Source of the DNA: Bugula neritina
Lineage: Eukaryota > Animalia > Bryozoa
Length of the DNA stretch: 64,000 nt
Direction of reading: 5' to 3'
NCBI GenBank assembly: GCA_964035545.1
Contig: OZ037766.1
Span: forward strand, 2,542,001 to 2,606,000
The notes under the pieces are model-generated. The model made no database searches, was not told the DNA's origin, and saw only the letters and a list, made by a program, of their open reading frames with translations. A program made the translations under genes and the position numbers. Below, in pieces: positions 14,216 through 26,000 of this stretch (positions are counted from its first letter, which is position 1; every line of letters begins with the position of its first letter).

Positions 14216-15874
14216 TATAACTACATCTACTACTAAAACTTTCACTGTGAGTGTCAGTGTTAGTCACTCAGTCTCACACTATGACTATCACTATCACTAT
14301 GGCATTCAGTTTCACATTGATAATTACATAATCAATGTCATAGTGACATTCACATGGTCAATCAATATAATAATCATAATGAATATCAATATCATATCCA
14401 TTGTAATACTTATAGTGATAGTTATACTCATACTCATACTGATTCAGTTCACTGATAGTGATATCACTATCAGTATGAGTATGAGGATGACTATGATTAC
14501 AATTTATAAATATGATTATTATGAGAGGAGAATGACTTTAAATTTTCACCAACCTGTAGAAAAAAGTTTCTAATTTTATGCATTAAAGGTGTAACATTTC
14601 TTTTTGACATCTTTGAAGTCAACAAAGTTAGTCAGATCAATATTTTAACATCAAATAACTTGTACTTGTAGGCTTGTTCGAGAATTATAACAAGTACCCT
14701 CCAGCCTTGGTTGCACCAACCGGCCAATAAAACCAGGTATTGCTCAATGTGTCCAATCAAGTTTTGATGAAACAGCGAGCGCGTTTCAAATGGTTATACG
14801 TTTAAAGACTGTGTTTCTATGTGATTTTAAACCCATCACCATAATATGCATTGAGCTTTCAATATATACTTTCAAATAAATACCAAGGTAAGAAAACATC
14901 TATACCTAAGGTCGATGTTCTTCAATTTTGTAAAAATATTATTATTCTTGAAGTTTGGTAGTGGTAAAGCTATTTAAAATTACTCCTGCATTTTCGAGGT
15001 CTAGATCAAGTTTTGGATCTATTTTAGATTTTTTTTCAAAGATATTAATAATAATTTCAACATTTTCAAAGATTGTTTGAAGCTATTTGATATACATGAA
15101 TTTTGCCAATCTTCATTTACATTTTCATTTTGATTTTGATTTTCATTTTTTTATACTTAATCTTATACTTAATACTAATAGTAGTTATAGTAATGTTATA
15201 GGTTATATTAAATTTAATTATTATGATTATCATTAGGATTATTATTATATATCGTATCTCAATTTATTCAAAAGAAAGCATATTAATGACCCACAGGAAT
15301 ATAATCTATTAACATCTTCATCCTGATACACTTACAGCATATATTTATATTACACTTTGAATAAACCTTTGTTCAGAGCTAGCTATATTCATTGACTGAC
15401 TTCTACCAACAGTAACTTAGTCTTATAGTTATAGTTATATAATAAAATTAACTACATACAAGTATAAGAATAGTTGTGTATTTTCTAAGGATAATCATTA
15501 TCATTGTTATTTACATTGTACAGTTGTACTTGTATTTTTTTATTTTATGCAAAACCAATGCTATTGAATTTGATGATTGGACATATCTTTATTTGTGATT
15601 TTTGAGTAGCTGTGACACTCGGTTGTTGGATTTTGTAGGTTTTAGAAACTCTTTCTATTTCTATGGTCACATGGATGGCTAGAAGTTTTAAACCTTTTTA
15701 GACTTTAGCAATGTCTGCCTGCTGGTGTGTGGTAAGAACCTGACTCTGTGCCCCATATATTTGCACTTTTCTGAGAGGTTTTCTTTGTAAGGGTTAAATT
15801 ATTTTTTAAAAATTACATAACAAAATTGTTTTGAATTTGGTGATCATGAAATGAAGCACTGCTTGTAGGCCAGA

Positions 15875-18800
15875 ATGATGCATAGCAGAGGTTTGCTAAA
15901 GCTGCTGTCTAGCCAGGCAGCGTCTATGTCCTCTTTAGCTAGGCAGCCCAAAACATTTCAGCCAATCACCAACACTGTAGACGCCTCGTCACCTGAGTTC
16001 TTGGCTACATTGAAAGCTAATCATGAAAAAGAAGCAAAGTATACAAAACTTTTAGGTAACTAAAATCAATTTTTTTTCATATTTCCAGCCTTTTGCCAAC
16101 TATAGAGTAATTTGATTAAAAATTAAGTGCTGCAAATATCTAAGTATTAGATAGTGTGAAATTGAAAATACCATCATAGAGGAATATACTATCCGTTCAA
16201 AGTTGTTTTACTGACGCCATAGAGTTGACTTTAATGTTAGCAAATAAGTTATTAAAATTTACCAAACAAGATATAAGCTGTGTGTTCACATACTGTATGT
16301 ATGCTATAAACAAGGCAGTAAGGCAAATTAACACTGTTTGAATAGTGTAGTGTGAAGCCTTACTTTATCTATATATGCTCTGTACATATATTTAAAGTAC
16401 GCATAGAATATACACACATGTTTCTCACAGAGATGGTGAAGCAGGGTGGTGGGAGTAAAGCCGTGCAGAGACACCTACAGCAAGGTAAACTACTAGTGAA
16501 GGACAGATTGACTAACTTATTGGACAATGTAGATGACTTCTTGGAGTTGTCCCCTACAGCTGGTATTGGAATGCCGTATGGAGATATTCCTTCTGCTGGA
16601 TTAGTTTGTGGTATGTAGCAGGACTTTCCAGTCTATTTTATGAAACAAATTAAAAGTGTTTTGAAGCATTCTTAAATATTATTAAGGTGTTGTAGGAACA
16701 ATTTCTGGATTATTACAACAGGTTTTGGTCAGGTGCATGGGAAGGATATTCTAGTGTTAGCCAATGACGGGACAGTAAAGGCGGGCACAGTATTTCCCAT
16801 CACACTGAAGAAGCAGTTGAGAGCTCAGCAAATAGCCCAGGAGCTATCTATTCCGTGTGTTTACATTGTGGACTCTGGCGGAGGCTTCCTCCCTTTACAG
16901 GTCTTCATTTTAGTAGACTTATTATGGTATAGTGTATTAAATCAGCTAAAACAGTTTAACAAAATATGACTTTTTGCTATGACATTGTGGTTAGAATATC
17001 TTCTTATGATGTCATACAAGCTTTGAGCATACACTGGTTAACATGAACATTAAGCTATATGGGTTGAGGTTTAATCAATCTTATTGACTGAGTTGCGCTA
17101 GCAGTCAATGTCTTGACTTGGAATACTGGTAATTCATACTGGAACTATTTTGCTATACTAGGGTGTATACTTACAAGTGCTTACATATACTAGAATATTT
17201 TGCTAACACCATTATACCATTTGTAGGCTGAGATTTTTGTTGAAGGTGGAAAAGTGTTTCATAATGAGGCGGTGATGTCGTCTCTTGGAATTCCCCAGGT
17301 TTTTTCATTTATTATCTTGTTCTTCTTGAACCATTACTGCTTTTAATTATCTTGAATAAATAGTTATATATTAGTTACTAACAATATATTATATGTTATA
17401 AAGTCATCATTATCATATGTTATAGACTTGTTAACTATATAATACAATAGCATAACCTATTTATTTTATTATTTTATGGTATCTTTTACAAAGCATAGTC
17501 ATAGCCATATTATTTTGAACTAAACATTTTGGTGTTTGCTGCATAAAATTTTGTTTTAGATTGTAGTCATCATGTTTATTGTTTACAGTTTGAACACAAT
17601 TTATATTCTATGTCATCTATTTATGTAAGATATATTTATGTAGTGATTACTTTATACACTAGATTGCTGTGGTGTGTGGTATGTGCACCGCCGGAGGGGC
17701 GTACGTTCCCACCATGGCTGAGGAGGCCATCATGGTTCACAAGACGGGCACCATATTCCTGGCTGGACCTCCTCTGGTTAAAGCGGCTCTGGGAGAAGTG
17801 ATTTCAGCTGAGGAGCTGGGCGGAGCTACAATGCACTCTTCGTATGTACTTCCTCTTTGATAAGACAACTCCCTTGTGATTATATGTTGTTTGTTCATGT
17901 AATAGAAATAAGACAACTCTCATGTGATTATATATTGCTTGTTAATGTAATAAATACAGCATCACTTTATTGCTGTATAATCTGTCATCTGATACAACTG
18001 AAAAGCTTTAAAATATTAGAAATCTCATCCAACATTCTAACATTACGTTGTGTTGAAATAAACCAGTCTTGGTATGTTTATATGCACAGATACCTGTACT
18101 TAGGCAAGTGTTCCAGTTAGTACAGGCATAGAGTCAACCTGCATTATTCATAGAACACCTATTATTAGAAAATGGGGGAATTATTTATTCTCATTCACAA
18201 AAATCTAGCCTGAGTTCTACAAAACTGCTTTCTATAGGCGGGCAAACCGTCTAATAAACCCATCATTAAAGTGTGATGTTTTCTATGCATATTTCGTCCT
18301 CTTATACTATATTATATTATATTATATTATATTAATATATAACTGGGTTTCATAAAAAGTGCAAAAGAGTTTTCTACTGATGGACAGTGTGTTTCAACAC
18401 TTGTCGCTATAATTATGTGATACCTGCGATACTCAGCAGATAAATGTAGCCTAAGTTCTTATCCCGTACTTAGTGTGAGTGGCTGTGTGGACCACTTCGC
18501 AGCTACTGAAGAGGAGTCCTACAGGATCTGCCGAGATGTAATCCTCTCTCTAGACCTACCAGATGTCGCTTATCCCACAGCCTATGCTGACCCTCTTTAC
18601 TCCGCTGATGACCTGGCAGGGCTGGTCACCCGGGACAACCCTAATGCTCACCAGGTTAGAGAGATCACAGCCTAGCTTTGTTATTATTGTCTATAGTTTT
18701 AGATCTACATTACTTTAACTATTTATATTTGAGTTTAGTTTCATCTCTACACATTGAATAGGGAGTTAGTGCTCTAGCTGGTGTATTTTGAAGTAATTCT

Positions 18801-21528
18801 GCTAAAACAGTGTTTTTTACGCGATATTTTTATACCAATTTTCTAAAAATAAACATTAAAAGCTCTTGCACTATGCACACTTTCTATTTTTATATTATGG
18901 CATCATTTAAATGATTTCTCCTAATTTTGTATTAAAGTTAAAGTTTCAACTGTAAGTTATATAGTAGCAAACTTGAAATAGAAACGTTACTAAGAGACTT
19001 TAGTGAGTTTATTTGAAGCCCACATTGTTTTGTGTCTCCCTTGTTAATAAATCTATTTTAGTAATGAAACACTGGTTGCTATGACAACCTGCTGTATTGT
19101 CCTCCACTCTGTTGCAGCTCATTTCAAGGATTGTCGATGGAAGTGGCTTCCATGAGTTCAAGTCTCAATATGGCAAGTCTCTAGTCACAGGGTTTGCCTC
19201 TATAGCTGGGTAAGTATACCTAGTAGTAGTCAGTGAGTAATACAGTCAGTTAGTTAGTAGTACTCAGTTAGTAGTATTCAGTTAGTAGTAGTCCGTGAGT
19301 AGTAGTCAGTGAGTAGTAGTCAGTGAGTTAGTAGTATTCAATTAGTAGTAGTCCGTTAGTAGTAGTCAGTGAGTTAGTAATAGTCAGTTTATAGTAGTAG
19401 TCAGTCAGTTAGACTTAGTCAATTGGGCTTGTCCAGTATAATTCTCAGGTTTTTATAGATTCTAAATTTAAACTATTTTTCTTGTTAATGCTGAGGCATA
19501 TTTTGTAAGTAACTTTATATATACAGATATTTTTCTCTTACAGTTAACTTCTTAGTAAGTTTGGTAAAGAATATTTTTCACTTTACACTTTTTACTAATA
19601 TATATGCAGATAATATTTTCTGTTGACATATTACTGCAGATATCCCCTTGGTATTATCGCCAACAATGTTGGTGATTCAACATCTGATGCCAGTACAAAG
19701 GCAACTCACTTTGTGCAGCTCTGCACACAGCGAAGGCTCCCCCTAGTGTTTCTTATCAACCAATCAGAGTCTGACGTTGGTAATAATGGCTTTGTTAATG
19801 GTTAGTTACAAGTTACATGGTTTGTTGTGTTATAAATGCTTTCTCACTTTTTTCCAAATAATAAATTTCACTCAATATTTTGCATCAATTTGTGTTGCTT
19901 AGTTATGCAAGAATAAATAAATTATGAAATTGGTTTTGGTTTCACTCAGTCAGATTTTAGGAATTTTCAGGTGAATAAATTTTAAAGGCAATCTATTGAA
20001 CAGGTGAGAGGCTGAAAAGTCAGGCCAGGTTTATGAGTGCTGTAGCCTGCTCAGACGTGCCAAAGGTTTCCATAGTTACTGGGGCGTTTGAAGGCATGAG
20101 TGTTCACGCGATGGTGAGTATTCAATACGCATTCTGTTCTGCTATTGGTTAATAAAAAATACAGAATATATTTTGAAGGAAATTTTAACTAGCTAGATGC
20201 TAACAGATGTGAAATAATTTCTTGTTTAATTCAAATGTTTTTTGTTTAGTAACTCCTTAAACAGTGTAACGTGAGAAATAAAGAATGATGTGTTCTGCAG
20301 CATATGTTTACATTCTAAATCCTTATTCATGTCTAAAAACTTGTTGCTCTTTCAGGGTAGTAAAGCCATGGGAGCTAACTTCATATTTCATTGGCCCTCG
20401 GCCTCATTCTCCATGCATTCCACCAGCCATCTTGAGGGGGTGATCTCCTCTACTCATCCTGAGCTGAAAGAGGAAGATATTCAGGCTAAGTTGCTATCAA
20501 CTTCCAGCTCCCAGTATGCTGCGTCTAATGTGTGGACTGACGGAATTATTCTCCCTCAACAGACCAGATCAGTGAGTATTTCTTATTGGACTGTGGGTGT
20601 ATGTTATGATATTTCCTATTGGACTGTGGGCATCTGTTATGATGTTTCCTATTGGACTGTGGGTGTATGTTATGATATTTCTTATTGGACTGTGGGTGTA
20701 TGTTATGATATTTCCTATTGGACTGTGGGCATCTGTTATGATGTTTCTTATTGGACTGTGGGCATCTGTTATGATGTTTCCTATTGGACTGTGGGTGTAT
20801 GTTATGATATTTCCTATTGGACTGTGGGCATCTGTTATGATGTTTCCTATTGGACTGTGGGTGTATGTTATGATATTTCTTATTGGACTGTGGGTGTATG
20901 TTATGATATTTCCTATTGGACTGTGGGCATCTGTTATGATGTTTCTTATTGGACTGTGGGTGTATGTTATGATATTTCCTGCTGGATTATAGTCATGTGT
21001 TATGATGGTACTACGATATTGTGGGTGAATGACAAAGTATTGTTACCAAGTAAAGTGTATATATGAGTAAGCATTTTTGGTTGGTGATTGATATTTGCTA
21101 AGTTGAAAAGAAACGAAGTAGATTATTAAAAATTACCGCATTTGCTTGTAAAATTGCTGCATGCATTTAAATTTTAGAATCATGAATCAACTGATATTGG
21201 AGATGTACTAAAAGTTGAAAACTCATAGGATAAGAAAAGTCTCAAATTATTTTCCCATGATCGTGCATTATTACAAATTAAAATTGTGTGAAAAGTTTTT
21301 AAATGCCAAAATTGTAGTTAACAATTTTAATATAAGTGCTTGTAAGCTGTGTAAAGAGTCGTTTAATTTCACTAACAATTTTTTAAGATGTAATTAAAGT
21401 TTTTATTGAATGTACGTTTTTATTTGTAGGTATTGTCAAAAGTGTTACAACTCTTTAAATATTCAAAAAGTATGAAGTCACTGGCCGCTGAATCTACCTC
21501 AACCAATCAGATCAACTTTAGAATGTAG
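15875..21528 (+). CDS. Methylcrotonoyl-CoA carboxylase beta-like carboxyltransferase (divergent paralog), 549 aa
   Basis: Exons 15875-16055, 16431-16610, 16722-16900, 17227-17298, 17663-17841, 18474-18654, 19118-19209, 19640-19800, 20004-20113, 20356-20571, 21430-21528 (1650 nt, phases consistent). Motifs [42 protein letters not shown] and C-terminal FRM*. The N-terminus resembles a mitochondrial transit peptide. Confidence 0.93.
19220..19420. repeat. Minisatellite (agtagtagtcagtgagt-like) next to a donor
   Basis: Starts about 10 nt after the donor at 19210; several units contain cagtgagt. Confidence 0.85.
20572..21010. repeat. 30-bp minisatellite, about 14 copies
   Basis: Unit tttcctattggactgtggg(tgta/catc)tgttatgat(a/g), beginning at the donor at 20572. 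Confidence 0.95.
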
Positions 21529-23085
21529 TCTGTTGGTAACCACCCTGTGGACTGCATCTTGCTCAACCCTCTCGGAGTCAGTGTCAGTGTGTCACTGTCA
21601 CTGTTACCTGGACCCTATGCTAATAACGTTCAGGAAAGTGCAGCTTAATGCAATCATTTTGATTTTTTTCAAGTCATTGAGATCATTAAAAACAAATTCT
21701 TCGTTTTATTTGTAGCAAAATATGCCAATTGTTTCTAATAAATAAGACGAATTTTACTATTAATGGAGAATGTTGTCCAAAAAAGTTTTCATGTGTTGGT
21801 GAGACAACTCTAAATAATAAAACTGTATCAAGTTTGTCGTGTAGAAGCTAAACATTCCCATCTAGCTGGTGAGCAGTAAAATATCTCAGAGTACTAATAC
21901 ATGTTAACTGGTCTCAGTCAGAACTTGTTCATTCAAGTCTTGAATTTAAAATATCCCAAATCTATATTATTTTTTATGTAGAAGAGGCAATTTGAAATGG
22001 TGTAAAAGCAAGTTCCTGTATATATTTGATTTTTAAGAATTATTCGCATTATATCTTAGTCTTGCCTGTTTTGTATATTATATTTTATGTTGACCTGTAA
22101 AGCAAGTCTATTAATCAATGCAATGTGTTTTCTGATCTTCTGTTATTTATTAACTGATTATTTGATGAGTATTTTTATATCACGATTATCATACGTCATG
22201 TATATTTTATTCTTTTCAGTTCAATAAGGCCATTTTACATTATTCCGGTCAATAATTTCAATCATTATACTAAATAATACATCATTTGATTATATCATAT
22301 ATAATATGTTGTTATTGAACATATGGTGTTTTATAAACCTAATAGAACAGTCATGTTTTATTAAAGCGTATTTTGCATCTTGGTTGCTAATGACAGATAA
22401 AGCAGTTAGCCAGTGAATGCCCACTATTTGTTGCAGATAATCAACTAGTTTGTCGTGTACAGTTATTAGTTAACAGATATAAATCTTTTCTGCAGATAAC
22501 CATTAGTTGATACAGAAAAAAATTTATTATAAAAACCAAAGAGTACCCTTATCAACCTGATCTCGGTTTTTAAAAATATACAGTTATATCCAATAGCACT
22601 CAAACTACATGAAATGTATCTGGCTAACGGCTACTAGTAATATATGTGTAGCTTTATTTATTTGATTTACATTTGTCATATCAGGGCAAGTTCCTGCAAC
22701 AATAAAATTAACTTCAACTTAGGAAAGTCAACATATCAAAAACTAGAAAATAAATTGTGCTGTTTTTCCTATTTCTATCTCCCAAAAAATATTGTTTAAA
22801 TAATTAAAAATAAAATTTAATCATCCTTTATTTTGATCATTTGCGTTGTTTTGTGAAGAAATTCGCCAAATGGACAAAATAAAGTTAACGTTTTGGAAAT
22901 CTTTGTGATTGAAGAAATTAAAATTGTCTTACATATTGAAATATAAATCATAATTTAAAAAGAATCAATCCATCATAAATTTGAAATTTATGGTAAATGA
23001 TTGTAATTGTAACGGTCTAAAGAAAATAGAATGTTGAAAATAGTATAGCACATCATCAATGCAATACAACAGTCTATAGAAAACA

Positions 23086-26000
23086 TTACATCATGAAACT
23101 GGAGCATAGGTCATGGTCCCTTTTATCTCCCCAGCCACCATTGGCCTTGAGCTTTTTATATGCTACGGACGTGGTGGAAGTCGGCCTTCCTACCTTTAGA
23201 TTAGTTGGATACAGTTTACCCTGATTAGCTTGAATGAGATCATTGATAGGTTTGACTTTCTCCTCAGGATTGCATTTCTTCCCTTTATGATGTACCCCAC
23301 TAAAACACAGTAAATACTGCATAACATTACATAACAGGCATACACTTATAGAAATGCTATACAACATGAGGCAACATTTATACACACAAAATATATCAAT
23401 ATTTCTATTTGTAACAGTTGAATACAGCGAGATATATAACAATTAACACTTCATACTTGTATACATGTAATACATTATGGAAGACAATGAGTACTAAACT
23501 AGTATGAAAGACAATGCAGGTAGAATCAACTCACAACACATATTAGATATAGAAGTAAAACTATGAAGCCTGATGTACATAACATGAAGTCACTGCTAGC
23601 ATTATGTACAGCCAACTGATAGATTGCAACATTCAATCATCATAAACTCTATTTTCACCCAACTATCAGAAAACAATCTGCCAACTCAATGACAACATTT
23701 CTCTTCAGTTTAGAAAGATGTTGCCCTTTAACCTCAAAGTGGTTGCAACACACCACAACTAGATATAATATATTTATGAGTAGATAGAGTACATACCAGT
23801 CACCTATGTGATATACTCTGGGAGTTTTCACTATCATAGTGGGCAGTTTGCCAACTATATTCTCTCTACCTATATACTGGAGACTCCAGTCCCAATTATA
23901 ATCGTCATAGTTACAGAATTCCTGCAAAGTTGAAGCATCCAGCAAATGATGATTCATAAAAATACACAACTTGTGATTAAAGTTCATCATTTAGATTTTA
24001 GGCGCAGTAGTGAAAAATTTTTAATAGCCTTCGTTATTTTAGTTTGGGGTGCGGGCTAAAACTCCAGCAAGAACATGACTTCTTTTGCTACATTTCTACT
24101 CTGGAAAATGGGCTTTTCTCAATTTCTCCATTACTGCACCTATCTTCAGTCATTGTATTTTAGAACAAGCATCTTCATATGCTTAAAGCTCTAACATTTA
24201 TTTTCAAATTTGCGGCAATTGGCTATAATCTATGTATTTAAAGAAAACTTTGTACGCTAATTGTTCATTCATGTTACGTAACAAATTGAAGATTTTCCAT
24301 CAGCCATAGCAGATGAAAGAAAATGCTCAAATACCAGTTTCAACTGCTTTTTATATTATATTGTGTAGAGAGAGAGGGAGAGGGAGAGATAGAGAGAGAG
24401 AAAGGGGGGGGGGAGAGAGAAAGGGGGGAGGGGGAGAGAGAGAAAGGTGAATGGATGTGATACGAAGGATTGTAAAAGCATACGCTGATGAGGATAACAG
24501 CAAAAGAAAGTAAAATATGGAAATCTCATCAAATAATCATGATGAATAAAATAGGAATACAGTAACCATAACAACAATAATAATTGTCATTATTATTGAT
24601 ATTCCCAAAGTGGGAACTTGGTCTCTTAGCAGATAATTAATGTCTCACCTGATTATGTCTCTTTATGTGTTCATATGTTTCCTTATTTATAGACATGGCC
24701 ATGTTGTGTTTTGAGGAAATGAAGTCTGCTGCTATGACAACCTGTAAACAAACAACTACTTATTTACATACTAATTAAACTAAATGTATATTTAAACATC
24801 TGTATTTGAATACCACCATAGGAATTTGTTGTTATTGAGCTATAAATGCACACCCCAACACATATATACAACTGAGAAGATTTTATTATATTTCAATATT
24901 TTGAATATAAAATTGTGAGTGATACAATTCAACTGACAACGCTTAAACAGGTCATTCGATGTGCCATAAAATAATTAAAGCTGTATTCTTTCTATAAAAA
25001 TCCATTTAGTAAATGTGCCAATATCGGCGTTTGAATCTAGTGAATTAAATTTAGCAAAAATACTGCAGAGCATTAACCAAAGCTGAGCAAATATTGGCCA
25101 TGGCTATTTACATCACAAGCTGGCCTTCATGGCTGGTAGAATCAAAGAGCTGAGGAATTCGGAGTTGTCTTTCTTGAAAGGAGTAAACTCCAGTATAACC
25201 GACAATAAAACTTTGTGGGTTTTTCATCCAAACGACAGAAAGTAGCGACAGCAAGAAAAATATTTTAATGAGATTAAAGTCGGCTAAAAATTTGTTGTTG
25301 AATGTTCAAAATTTAGGAATAATTAATTGAGATGTCATATTGAATGTCACACAAATTTTCAGCAAGCACTAAAATGCTGTTCCTACTAGTTGGTTGTTTT
25401 GGGCCAACATTATTATTTATTGGAAAGCACTGTATATGAGGACATGTCATTTAATCAACTGCTAGGTTGAGTTGGACAGAACTGCAATAGATACTAACCT
25501 CATTAGAAAATGAATATGAAGGTTTCTTCTCATAGTTACCCAAGGTTAACACCCGGCATTGAGCACACAGTCTACAAGGAGCATCAATCAATAATCAATA
25601 ATCATACAATATATTAGCAAAAATAAACTACCCATAAATCATCAACACATTAAAGCAGATGTGAGCAATAAAGTAAAACAGCGAATGCATAATTCATAGA
25701 TTTTACGAAGCAAAAATCAAACATGATTTCAATACTGAGATTTGAAATTGCAGCTAAAAATAAATTTTTGTTTGTCAATTTAATGGCTTTTGTGTAAAAC
25801 TTGAAGGAAAATTTCATCAGCTGACAAATTTGGTAGACCCATTGTTAGTGTTCACTACCAGTTTGGGGGGCCAGACAAGGTGAGTAGAGAAGGTGAGTAG
25901 ACAAGGTGAGTATACAAGGTGAGTATACAAGGTGAGTAGACAAGGTGAGTAGAGAAGGTGAGTAGAGAAGGTGAGTAGAGAAGGTGAGTAGACAAGGTGA

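Noticed and set aside
20572-21010. CRISPR-like appearance of the regular arrays (also 25872 and 58027)
   Set aside because: Head-to-tail units with no unique spacers, no cas genes, and a eukaryotic intron context.
24486-24515. CTGATGA...GAAA hammerhead-like core (other CTGATGA hits near 4424 and 59732)
   Set aside because: No stem II, stem III or stem I pairing.
25400-25436. Tc1-like end (cactgta)
   Set aside because: No matching second TIR or transposase remnant found.
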